NCBI GenBank assembly: GCA_964016885.1
Contig: OZ024741.1
Coordinates: 224,564,001 to 224,628,000, forward strand
DNA length: 64,000 bases
DNA from: Eledone cirrhosa
Lineage: Eukaryota
Direction of reading: 5' to 3'
In this document: piece after piece, positions 36,550-49,402 of the stretch
Numbering within the stretch: position 1 is the first letter of the stretch
Layout of the letters: the number at the start of each line of letters is the position of its first letter
The notes under the pieces: model-generated
Database searches by the model: none
What the model was told of the DNA's origin: nothing
The model's input: only the letters and a program-made list of their open reading frames with translations
Made by a program: the position numbers and the translations under genes

Positions 36550-39500
36550 AACGTTTCCCCACTCCCACCCCAGACACCCCCACCCTACCAGACAGCCCCT
36601 CTCCACCAAACATCTCTGCCCCCACCCCGCCAGGAACGACCATCCTACCAAACAACCCTTCCAACACCCCCATGGACATTGTGCAGCCTGGTCTCCAGGC
36701 AGTGAGGAGGTAAGTGAATTCTTTCCTCTTCTTTTCTAACTCTTTCTCACCAACAAGGCCGATATAAAAGTCCGATGTGTGAATGTGCGCGGCCTGGGGA
36801 TGCCCTGGAAACAGGGCAAACTCTTAAACGATCTCAGGTCGCACAGTATGGATGTAATTGCTATCTGTGAGTCCAGGATCCACAGCGAGCGACAGCTGGC
36901 TCCCATCTTCGATGATTATGCGATCTACGCATCTCTATGTCAGCCGGGAGGTGGGGGCAGGGTTGTCGTTTTGCTGAGGAAACACCTGGGCCTCGTAACA
37001 CAGAGTGTACATCTGGACCCTGAGGGTCGACTGGTGGTCCTAGACGTTGACGGTAGTGAAGGTGGAGCCTTCAGACTGGTGGCCACATATACCCCATCCG
37101 GGACACCGTGGCCAGACTTCTTCAAACATCTAGAGACTTTTCTAGGAACATCCCGCTCCTTGCTTTTAGTGGGGGACTGGAATGGAATCCTAGATGCACG
37201 TTGGGACTATGTGGGAGCATGTCCCAATAAAAGGGGGTGTAACAGCCTCAAACAGTTAATCGGCCGATTTGACCTGGCCGATAGATATCGACTAGATTTT
37301 CCGACTGGACGTGGACTAATCGCAGCGGAACATCTAGATCGTACCTAGATAGGGTTCTAGTTAGAAATAAGGATAGGGACATGTTAAGCTGTCCACAAAT
37401 GTTCATGGTTGCCTATTCAGATCACAAACTAGTGACCTGCATGGCCAACCTTGATAGAACCCATAGACAAGGACCCGGCTACTGGAAGCTGAACTTGTCG
37501 TTACCGACATGCAAAGCCTACAGTAGATGGATTAGCACTTTAGTTAAACAGCACTTGACAGGGGCCATTGTTAACAACAGATGGTGGTACTCTCTCAAGA
37601 GGGCAGTTAGATTAGACTCGTTAGTTTTTAGTAAAGAATTAGTGTTAGATAGAAATAGGACCGAGAAGGAACTGGTAGATAAAGTAGAAAAGGCAATTAG
37701 AAGTGGCAACGTAGCCAGCGTGCTAGCAACGAGAACGGCCTTGGACCAGTTCTTTGACGCAAAGAACGAGGGCTGCGTTGTCAGAAGCGAAAAGTGGCAA
37801 CAAGCCCACGATTCGGTCTTTGAAGGACCAAGATGGACGCGTGATACGTGAGTCGAAGCAGATGTGCGTGGCCTTTCAGTGGCACTTTGCTCAGCTGTTC
37901 GGGCAGGGCGGCGCGCCGAGAAGGGCTATGGATTTCGGTCCATACCTCGACGGCCTACCGCGACTCTCGGACAGCGAGGGGAAGTTCTGCGAAAAGCCAA
38001 TCTCAGCCGCTGAGATAGGGGACGTGCTGAGTTAATGCGGCAAACGCAAATCTCCAGGTCTCGACGGTCTACCCTACGAATTTTACGTAGCAATGCCGGA
38101 CTTGTTCTCCGGTCTCCTGGAAGCGGTCTACTGCAACTAGCAGCAGAACGGGAGAATTCCCAGTTCTGTGACCAAGGGCGTAGTCATGCTAGTAAGGAAG
38201 GACGAGAATAAGGGGGATGACATAGGCAACTTCCGGCCCATAACTCTGCTAAACACAGAGTTACAGATTTTGGCCAAGGTGTTGGCAAAGAGGCTGGCGC
38301 TTGTCGTCGAAAACCTGGTGGGAGAAGCGCAGACATGCGCAATGCCGATCAGGTCCATACACGACAACCTCCACCTCATGCGATACATCATACATCGTGT
38401 TTAGGGGCTGGATTACTGCAATGCATAACAGCAACATCTGCTCAAGGGTCAAGGTGAACGGCTACCTCTCGGAGCCGTTCCATATTACGCGATCCATCCG
38501 ACAGGGATGCCCTCTCTCCTCCTTTCTGTACGTACTGACTCTCGAGCCACTACTGCGGAAGTTGGAGCTATTGCAGGGCATCCCTTTGGAACCGGGACTG
38601 CGGAAAGCGGCGTGACAGTAATGGCGACGTGACAGTAATGGTGTCGAGCACCTCGCAAATCGAGGAAGTTGGCACGTTACTGAAGGAATACAAAAAGTTC
38701 ACAGGAGCGAAGCTGAACCGGGATAAGCCCATTGGTTTGCAACTCAGATCGTGGAGAGGCACACCGATGCCTTTCGATGGCGTCGTCGGACGCTGGACGG
38801 AAGGACCGGTGAAGCTGCTCGGTGTCTGGTTTGGTCCGGACCTCCAGGTGGAGAAGAACTGGAACGAGGTGACAGCCAAGGTATTTGCATTCACCCAGAA
38901 ATGGGCCGAGTGCAAACTATCCTTGAAAGGTCGAGCGGAGGTGGCGAACACTTTTATAGCATTCGTCATCTACTACCGCTTGACCGTCGTACCTTGTCCA
39001 GCCAAAACGCTCACCAAAATGGAGCGCTCGCTCTTCCAATTCCTTTGGAAGAAGCGGGCTCCTTTGGTGAGAAGATCCATCTGCTGCCGACACCCTTCCA
39101 ACGGAGGGCTGGCGATGCGCAAACACGCGCTCAGGCTGCGACATCTCTACGTATTCCTCACCAGACAACCGGTGTGGGCCCCGTTTGTGAGGCGAGCCTT
39201 CCCACGACTCGTCTCGCTGACCGAGCTGCAGTCCTGGGTCAAGCAAAGACCGAGGAAAATGGGTGACTGGCACATCGAATGTGCTCAGGCGCTCATAGCC
39301 CTCTGGCAGGCGGACCCGGCGATCAGTGGAGACTCCACTTCATCATTCTATAGAGGGTTGATCCGCAGCAAGTGCGACGACGCGCTCGGAGAAACTCTAG
39401 GCGTAGAGGAAGACGAACTGGCCAGTCTGTTCTGTAGGACCTTCCGCCCAGGACCAATGGACAACTTCCAAAAGACCCTGGACTGGCAGTGCTACCGAGG

Positions 39501-40225
39501 AGCTCTACCAGTTCGGGACAAGCTCTACAGACATGGGCGCCCGGGCAGGGACCCTTCGAAAAAGATCTGTCCGAGATGCGTGCGAGACGAAGAAACTGTC
39601 GCGCACGCATTCATACACTGCCCGGGTGTTACCGACCTGTGGGGTTATGTAGAAGGACTATTGTCGCGGGTGGGACCAATCCGGTTGACCACCGAGTCCA
39701 TTGTCATGATCAAACCGCCACCCTCCTTCAAAAACGAAAGAGAGGCGGTTTTCCTTTGTGTGATAGCTATGGTGAAAGAGGTTGTATGGTGGACAAGGTT
39801 GAAAGGGCTGAGGTCAGACACCTTTCTCTCCGTCCAACAACTGATTCTTTTTTTCAAATACCACTTTGGAAGAAGAATCAGGATGGAGAGAGAGGTGCTG
39901 TACCCCAGCAAGTTTTATGAAAGGTGGGTGAAAGTGGCGAGAATGGCCCAAGTGAATGGGCCTTCTCTCTATATCAGCCTGTAGGTTGAGGAAAAAGAGG
40001 AAGAGAGGAAAGGGGTACAAACTCTTCGTACTCCTGGAGATGAGGGTTGCACATTTTTTCGGGGGTATGTGTTACCCATATGAACTGTCTCCCCCTATTG
40101 GGGAAAATCGATTAACTTTTAAATTGCATTTGTGATAGTATTTTACACGTTTTTATTGTATGTAAACTTCCCCCTTTGTATTTGTCCCCTTCTTTTGTGC
40201 CCCTGTGGCTAATAAAGAAACATAT
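36550..40225 (+). mobile_element. Second Tx1/L1-clade LINE, near-complete ORF2 pseudogene
   Basis: APE motifs NVRGL, GDWN, YLDR, SDH, GPGYWKLN. RT is disrupted by stops and deletions; the 3' half is similar to the upstream copy. Confidence 0.93.
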
Positions 40226-40370
40226 CTATCTATCTATCCAGTCAACTTCTACACCCTCTCTGTCTATTCACTTGACAGCTACCTTATCCTTTCTGTGATC
40301 TAAATTTACTCTGATATTCTAATGTCTTTATTATGTTATATTGTTCTCATTATGTTTTCTCCTTTGACAG

Positions 40371-40472
40371 AAGTTAGCTGCAGATGAAGAAGATTCCTAC
40401 ATGGACACCGAGTGGGCAGATAATCAAATGCTAAAAAAGAAATTCCAGGGTCTAACAAATATCAAGTATTAG
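40371..40472 (+). CDS. CFAP298: CFAP298 last coding exon (KLAADEEDSYMDTEWADNQMLKKKFQGLTNIKY*)
   Basis: Polypyrimidine tract plus CAG acceptor, TAG at 40470-40472, WADN motif. Spliced CDS is 864 nt = 287 aa + stop. Confidence 0.95.
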   Translation, partial: KLAADEEDSYMDTEWADNQMLKKKFQGLTNIKY

Positions 40473-40508
40473 ACAGTGTAAAGTTATACAATTGTAAATT
40501 AATCATCA

Positions 40509-40555
40509 AATAAACATTTATATTCATCAAATAAAACAATTTATCATCAAATAAA
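40509..40555 (+). terminator. Three tandem AATAAA poly(A) signals of CFAP298
   Basis: TCATCAAATAAA occurs three times, giving AATAAA at 40509, 40530 and 40550, just after the stop codon. Confidence 0.65.
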
Positions 40556-42479
40556 TATATTTCCATTGATTTAATTGTATTCACTAAGTGCAGAGCATTT
40601 ACATTACTCTATATTTACTATTATATTTTCATGGTAAAGCCTTTATCTTACATAGTATTGAATCTATGCGATTTTGATATTATTTATTTTGAGAACAACA
40701 CCTTAACATCGGTATAAGTGGCTGATTACAGCTGGTTTGATCAGAAAGAGGTGAGAGAATTCTGGCTGGATACAGCCAGTTTAGATGTTAAAGGGTTAAA
40801 GTAAGCTGCTTCAATGAATGTTTGTTGACTATGAAAAATAATTGAACAAGTTGGGCATACAAGCTTGTTCATACACATATATTTTCCTTTATATCTAACT
40901 GTATTAATTGACTCAAATGTAGTTTTAACCCCTTCTACCTGTGATTTTCATATAATTTTGAAAATAAATAAGAATTTGGAGAGACTTAGTAATATAACTT
41001 TCTCATTACTAAAATGGTGTTTTAGATAAGCATTTGAAAATAAACAGTTTTGCACCATATGACTAGGTACGATTTCAGGCGATTTGGTATCAAAAGGGTT
41101 AATGTGATATTCTGCTGTTGCTGTTGCTGTTGGTTTTGTTTACTCCTAGACCAGCTCATCAGACAAACCTTTCGTTAGAGATCTTACAGCCATGATCATG
41201 TCTTAATGTTTAGACTAGGTACACCGTATGCCTGCATTTTGTAAGAAGTGACTAAAAGGGTTGGTGTCAGGAAGGGTATTTGACTGTAAGACATTGCCCC
41301 CAAAAGCCCTGTCCAACCCATGCCAGCATGGAAAAGTGAACTTAAAAAATGATGTATTTTCACTGCTGAATTCCTGTTCCTTTCTACATATATCTAACAA
41401 CCATTCATCTATGCTGTAGGAATGAGATGGTTGGACCATGTGTTGAGGAAGACCAAAAGTGAGTGATGGAAATGAATGTGAAAAGAAGGGGAAGATCAAG
41501 AAAGACATGGAGGAGGAAGCGCAAAAAAGGGGGTTGGTAATTGGGGGAAGCAGACAACAGGGCAAAATAGAGAAGCTTGTCATGGAACACACAAGGCTAA
41601 CCCTTGCTTTAGTAGGGGAAAATGGCCTTAAGATGGTAGATTATTTTAATTTGCACAAACTAAGGACTCAGTATAGGGTGATTTGGTGATTATATAACCA
41701 GTCATATTCCATTCAGGCATTATTTCTATGACTGGATGCTCTTCCTAATGCCAAACAATTTACAGCATGCATTGGGTGCATTTTATCCTGGTACAAGCAC
41801 TAATATGTATATATATATGTCGATCCCTTACCTTGGCCAAACGCTTGTTTTTGAGAAATGTAATGTATTCACCCTATTTTCTTGTCTCTCCATGTTCCTA
41901 GTTCATTTACCTATCAGTATTATATCGTTCGTTTAACTTAGAACCCAATCCTTTCAATGTTATTTGATAATTCTGTCAGACCTTCAAAACAATCTTCTTG
42001 TATTTTAAACTCCCATAATTCTGTCAGACCCTCGAAAACAATCTTCTACTTGTATTTAAACTCTGATTACTGTTATATGCTCGTTTAATTATGGCCGAAT
42101 TTCTAGGATTATATTGTAAAATAACCTTCTTGCTAACTTCCCCAGATCCCTCCCCCGTCCCCACTCGCCACCACTCAGCCCCACTCGCCACCACTCAGCC
42201 CCACTCGCCACCATTCGGCTCCACTCACCACCATTATTAGATGGTCCAATCACAATTCAGCGGCTTATAGTATGTTTCTCTTACCAATCTCTTTCACAAA
42301 ACCACCGCCTCGGCTATCACTCCTTAAGTTTAGACCTGGTTGCCTTTCATATGCTAGATGGACTGTGGAATTCTGGAGAGTCTGAAGAATCTGGACACTC
42401 AATGACAATGTCAGAGATAAAGATAAATTCACCTCATGTTGCTGGATGAGAATGCAAGGACTCCTTTTTATTTCGGTCG

Positions 42480-45400
42480 TGGATGGCTAACATAACCCCA
42501 TCTCCCTCACTCCTCCCTGCGCCTCATCCTTCCCACCCACCAAACGCAATCCAAATTTCAGAGTTGGTACCATGAATGTAGGCACTTTAAAAGGTCACTC
42601 TAACGAGGTTGTAGAGATGCTTGTATGTAAGGAAGTTGATGTTTGCTGTGTTCAAGAGACTAGGTGGAGGGGTGGGTCTGCTAGATTCATTGTGGGTAAA
42701 AACGATGCTATAAACTTTTCTGGGTGGGAAATGACAATGGGCTGGGTGGAGTAGGAATCATGTTAGCAGAAAAATGGGTAGATAAGATAATAGATGTAAA
42801 TAGAGTGAACGACAGAATAATTAAAATAAGACTTGTCCTAAATAGAAGTACTGTGACAATAATATCTGCATATGCACCCCAATCTGGACTGCCTGGCGTT
42901 ATAAAAGACAGATTCTATGAGTCGCTAATGCTCACTACCTCCCAAATAACTGACAGTGACTGCATAATTATTGCTGGCGACCTAAATGGTCATGTTGGAC
43001 AACATTGTGATGGCTATGAATCCATGGAGGCTATGGGTTTGGTACTAGAAATGAGGAAGGCTCCAGAATCCTGGAATTCTGTGACGCAAATAACCTAACT
43101 ATCTGTAACACAAACTTCAAAAAACGAGGCAATCACTTGATCACCTATAGATCAGGGGAACATGCCAGTCAGATAGATTATATCCTTACCAGAAGACGTG
43201 ACAGTGTCTGTTGTAAACACTAAATCCCTCCCCCATGAAGAATGCACCTCCCAACATAACCTCATAGTCAGGACAAGACGTACTCGACAACAGAGGAGGA
43301 CTACTCTAAGGAGAAGAATATGGAAGTTAAAGGACCCCACAGCCAGTAATAAATTTAAAAGCATATTACTTGATGCTTTTGATAGTAAGGAAGAGCAATT
43401 AGAGTTGTACAATATAGAGGAACAGTGGGAATTCCTGAAAGTTAACCTGCTGAAGGCGACATGAAATCTCTGGCTGGAGCAGACCTATAGGCAGGAGGAG
43501 AGTAACTTGGTGGTGGAACAGTAAGGTGGAGGAGTCAATCAAGGCCAAAAAGCAGGCTTGGAAAGTATGGCAGGATGGGGGAAGTAGAGAACACTATCAA
43601 GTGGCCAGGAGACAAGTGTACTTTGCAAAAAGGGAAGCAGAGGATAGAAAGTTCAAGCATGTTCTACAATGCGAGGACCAAAAATTTGAGGTGTTCAGGA
43701 TTGCTAGGCAATGTGTCAAAGGAAAACCGTGATATTGTTGGGGAGAAGTGTGTCCGTAATGATGATGGTGTACTTGCCATCACTGATGCTGATAAGAAGG
43801 TAGCTTGGAAGTGTCACTACGAGAGGCTACTAAATGAAGAGAATAAATTGGACAAAGATAGTCTGCCCCACATCGATCCAATAGAGGGACCAGCAGTGCA
43901 AGTTGAAGGTAGTATAATAAGTAAGGCAATCAAAGATATGAAGACAGGAAAGGCAGCTGTGTCTTCGGAATAGTTGCTGAAATGCTGAAAGCATCTGGAA
44001 CGGTGGGACACACTATGGTCACCCGGAAAGTCATACAGAACGGGGTCATACCAAATGACTGGCGTAGCAGCATCATCATTAACTGCTACAAGGGTAAAGG
44101 AGATGCACTAGATAGAGGAAACTATAGAGGCATTAAATTAATTGACCAGGTCATGAAGGTCACAGAAAAAGTTATAGCGCAACTAATCAGAGAGCAAATT
44201 GATCTAGACGAAAGGCTGTTGGGTTTGTACCACAGACGCCCTTTTCCTTGTATGACAACTACAGGAGAAGTATCTAGCTAAAAGTAAACCCCTATACGTA
44301 GCTTTTGTTGACTTGGAGGAAGCATTTGACAGAGTCCCCTGCGCCATAATCTGGTGGGCCCTTAGAAAACTAGGGGTTGATGAATGGCTTGTGAGAGCTA
44401 TACAAGCCATGTATAAAGAAACAGTCAGCAAGGTTAGAATTAACAACGAATATAGTGAAGAATTTAGCGTAACAGTTGGTGCTCATCAGGGCTCTGTCCA
44501 TAGCCCCCTCCTATTTATTATTGCCCTTCAGGCTATAACAGGAGTTCAAGACCGGCTGCCCATGGGAACTTCTCTAAGCAGATGATCTAACGCTCATAGC
44601 TGAATCTATGGCTGAAGTAGAGAACAAATTCCAAACATGGAAGCATGGCCTAGAATCAAAAGGCCGTAATGTTAACTTGTCTAAGACTAAAGTTCTAGTA
44701 TGTAGGAAGGAAAATAGGGCACAGGTCCCCTCTGGGAAATGACCATGCTCAGTGTGTAGGAAAGGAGTAGGCAGAAATTCCATTTTATGACCCAAATGCA
44801 AAGTATGGGTGCATAAAAGATGTAGTGGGATCACAGGTAAGCTATCTAAGAACATAGATTTTATATGTGGCCAATGCTCAGCAATAAGTAGCAAGTGCCC
44901 ACAGGATACTAGCTCCTTCTATTGCCCAGATGGCTCTATAGAAATAGTGGACACCTTCCGTTACCTGAGTGACAAAATCAGCAGTGGTGGAGGGTGTTTT
45001 GAAAGTACAGTAGCTAGAGTCAGAACGGGATGGAAAAAGTTCAGAGAGCTTATACCACAATTGGCCGCTAAAGGGTTCTCTCTAAAAATGAAAGGCAGAT
45101 TGTATGATGCCTGTATACGAACAACAATGCTATATGGAGGTGAGACATGGGCATTACATGCAGAGGACCTGTGCAGAATGGAGAGGAACGAAGCATGCAT
45201 GCTCCGCTGGATGTTTAATAGTAATATAGGTGAACGGCAAAGCATAAATGAACTAAGTGAGAAATTAGGTATAAGAGGGATCAGATGCTGTTTACTTGAG
45301 AGAAGACTATGTTGGTATGGCCATGTGATGCGCATGAAAGACGACAGCTGTATAAAAAAGTGCAGGGCGATCAAAATTGACAGAAGTTACGGAGTAGGTA

Positions 45401-45914
45401 GACCCAGAAAAACCTGGGACGATTTGATAAATTCCGACCTTACACACTTACACCTCTCCAAGACAATGTCACTGGACCGTTATCTTTGGCGCTACGCAGT
45501 AATACAGAAGACCCGCCTTGCCTAAGTACAAAGCGAAACCTACTACAGTCAGTAGGCACCTCTTAATCAAATATACACCCCCATCCCACAACCCCAACTC
45601 CTCCACCCCCATCCCCATCAACACCACCCCTTTCTCTGTAAAGTTATGTTGGTGCCACAACATCCAGTCCTAAATAAATGAGGTCATGTAGGTGTCACAA
45701 CAAAAAAACACATACAGTCCACGCTGTAATGTGGCCGTGTAGGTAACACGGTAAAAACCTCCCAGTCCACACTGTAAATGTGGTTGGTGTTAGGAAGGGC
45801 ATCCAGCCGTAGAAAACCCGCCAGACAGTCCTATACGAGCGAGACGATCAATCTTGCCTCAAGTGGGACAATTCTCGTCTAAACCCATGCTAGCGTGGAA
45901 GATAGACGTTAAAC

Positions 45915-45945
<31 letters not shown>
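42480..45945 (+). mobile_element. RTE-clade LINE, near full length, frameshifted
   Basis: NVGTL and VQETRWRG (endonuclease), SAYAPQ, GDLNGHVG, NYRGIKL, AFDRVP, HQGS, LCWYGHVMRM, GRPRKTW; (GAT)n tail. Confidence 0.93.
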
Positions 45946-46630
45946 CTCATAACATCATGCTTATCTTCCGTCTCACTTCCAACATTCATAGGGTTGTAAG
46001 GGCTCTTCAGCTGCAACAATGACTGATAACCTCTCTGGTATTGGTAATCTATGCAATAAACACACCCAGTACAAACTGTAAATTGTTTGGTGGTTGGAAG
46101 GAAACCCAGCTGTAGAAAGCTTGCTGAATAAAGAGTCAGAAGGACTCTTCTGGTGTATCAAAGTCACGACAACCTCCCTAGTGTTGGTGATCTACATGAT
46201 AAACGCACCACTATTCTGTGTAAAATGGTTGGTGGTAGGAAGGGCATCCAGCTGTAGAAAACCTGCCAAACAAAGGGTCTGGAGAACCCTTCAGCTGTGC
46301 CAAAGACATAGCAACCTCCCTAGTGCTAGTGCTTTCATAAATTGGTTTTGATAGAGTACAGGATCATATGAAAATAAGATGCATGCCCCTTGCCCCTTTG
46401 AAAGGTCAGTAGCTCCACTTGAGTACTGACTCAGTCTGTGACGACCCATTCAACCCTTGCTAGCAGGGAAAACAAATGTTTGATGATGACAATGATATAT
46501 ATATATCTCTTTCTCTCTCTCTCTATATATATATATATATAGAGAGAGAGAGATATGTAAGATCCCGACCATGGCACATGATTAGTGGTCCCTGGTCTCA
46601 GCACTGTAGACTCTCTCTCTCTATATATAT

Positions 46631-46758
<128 letters not shown>

Positions 46759-46929
46759 TATATATATATATATATATCGTCCAGAAATAGCCATCGAAAC
46801 GGCTTGAGCTCTGCCGTCGGGGTCATACTTTTTCCTATTTCCCACTCTACTACTCTAAGTATTGAGTACTCTGGTGCATTATGGTCCATCTGGTTCCTTA
46901 CCACATTTCCTTTGTTATATATATATACA

Positions 46930-47986
46930 GGGTCCAAGAGGCGATTAAGGAAATGAAAAATGGTAAGGTTGCTGGACCATTGGGAATAGTCGCTGAGATG
47001 CTGAAGGCATCAGGGGACGTAGGCACTAAACTGGTTGCACGCATCATCAATCAGGCTATATATGGTGGTGTCATACCCAAAGACTGGTGCAGCAGTATTC
47101 TCATAAATTGCTACAAAGGTAAAAGGGATGCTCTGGAGAGGAGCAATTATAGGGGTATAAAACTGATGGATCAGGTTATGAAAGTGGCAGAGAGGATATT
47201 AGCACAACTAATTAGAGAAAGGGTCAAATTAGATGAGATGCAGTTTGGTTTTGTGCCTGGGAAGAGTACAACAGATGCCCTCTTCTTGGTGAGACAATTA
47301 CAAGAGAGGTTCTTAGAAAAAAACAAGCCACTATACTTAGCCTTTATTGACCTAGAGAAGGTCTTTGATAGGGTACCCCTATCTGTCATCTGGTAGTCCT
47401 TAAGGAAACTAGGTGTTGAGGAATAGCTTGTGAGGACAGTGCAAACTTTGTACAGGGGTAATCTCAGTAAAGTCAGGGTAGGAATGGAGTTTAGTGAGGA
47501 ATTCAGATACAAGTAGGAGTACATCAAGGTTCAGTCCTCAGCCCACTCTTGTTCATTATAGTCCTCCAAGCCATAACAGAGGAGTTTAAGACTGGCTGTC
47601 CATGGGAACTTCTCTATGCTGACGATCTGGTTCTTATAGCAGAATCAGTAGAGGAACTAGAGAATAAATTCTGGCTATTGAAACAGTAGTTGGAAGCAAG
47701 AGGACTGAGAGTGAACCTAGCTAAGACAAAAGTGTTGATGAGTAGAAAAGAGGACAAAACTCTGATTCCGTCAGGGAAATGGCCATGTTCAATATGCAGA
47801 AAAGGAACTGGCATAAATTCTATAAAATGCACACAATGCAGATCCTGGGTACACAAGAGATGTAGCGGGATAGCAGGCAAACTAACAGGTAGGGAGAAAT
47901 ATGTTGGATCAGGTTATGAAAGTGGCAGAGAGGATATTAGCACAACTAATTAGAGAAAGGGTCAAACTAGATGAGATATAGTTTGG
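46930..47986 (+). mobile_element. RTE RT fragment (different subfamily) with an internal ~80-bp duplication at its end
   Basis: NYRGIKLMD, QFGFVPG, DLEKVFDRVP, LLYADDL; 47906-47986 repeats 47168-47249. Confidence 0.9.
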
Positions 47987-49402
47987 TGTAATATTTACCT
48001 CCAAAGTGAAACTGGTGTAATATTTACCTCCAAAGTGAAACTGGTGTAATATTCACCACTAAAGTGAAACTGGTGTAATATTCACCACTAAAGTGAAACT
48101 GGTGTAATATTTACCTCCAAAGTGAAATTGCTGTAATATTCACCTCCAAAGTGAAACTGGTGTAATATTCACCACTAAAGTGAAACTGCTGTAATATTCA
48201 CCACTAAAGTGAAACTGGTGTAATATTCACTACTAAAGTGAAACTGGTGTAATATTCACTACCAAAGTGAAACTGGTGTAATATTCACCACTAAAGTGAA
48301 ACTGGTGTAATATTCACTACTAAAGTGAAACTGGTGTAATATTCACTACCAAAGTGAAACTGGTGTAATATTCACCTCCAAAGTGAAACTGGTGTAATAT
48401 TCACTACCAAAGTGAAACTGGTGTAATATTCACCACTAAAGTGAAACTGGTGTAATATTCACTACTAAAGTGAAACTGGTGTAATATTCACTACCAAAGT
48501 GAAACTGGTGTAATATTCACCACTAAAGTGAAACTGGTGTAATATTCACTACTAAAGTGAAACTGGTGTAATATTCACTACCAAAGTGAAACTGGTGTAA
48601 TATTCACTACCAAAGTGAAACTGGTGTAATATTCACTACCAAAGTGAAACTGGTGTAATATTCACTACCCAAGTGAAACTGGTGTAATATTCACTACCAA
48701 AGAGAAACTGGTGTAATATTCACTACCAAAGTGAAACTGGTGTAATATTCACTACCAAAGTGAAACTAGTGTAATATTCACCTCCAATGTGAAACTGGTG
48801 TAATATTCACCTCTAAAGTGAAACTGCTCTAATATTTACCTCCAAAGTGAAACTGGTGTAATATTCATCTCCAAAGTGAAACTGGTGTAATATTCACATC
48901 CAAAGTGAAACTGGTGTAATATTCACCACTAAAGTGAAACTAGTGTAATATTCACCTCCAAAGTGAAACTGGTGTAATATTCACCTCCAAAGTGAAACTG
49001 GTGTAATATTCACCACTAAAGTGAAACTGGTGTAATATTCACCTCTAAAGTGAAACTGGTGTAATATTCACTACCAAAGTGAAACTGCTCTAATATTCAC
49101 TACCAAAGTGAAACTGGTGTAATATTCACTACCAAAGTGAAACTGGTGTAATATTCACCACTAAAGTGAAACTGGTGTAATATTCACCTCTAAAGTGAAA
49201 CTGGTGTAATATTCACCACTAAAGTGAAACTAGTGTAATATTCACTACCAAAGTGAAACTGGTGTAATATTCACCACTAAAGTGAAACTAGTGTAATATT
49301 CACCTCCAAAGTGAAACTGGTGTAATATTCACCACTAAAGTGAAACTGGTGTAATATTCACCTCCAAAGTGAAACTGGTGTAATATTCACCACTAAAGTG
49401 AA
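47984..49402. repeat. 29-bp tandem satellite, ~49 copies (GGTGTAATATTCAC-N7-GTGAAACT)
   Basis: Period of 29 read directly (for example 48001 and 48030); internal TTCAC/GTGAA inverted repeat. Confidence 0.97.

Noticed and set aside
47984-49402. CRISPR-like look (palindromic ~29-bp repeats)
   Set aside because: Units are contiguous with no unique spacers, there are no cas genes, and the context is eukaryotic.
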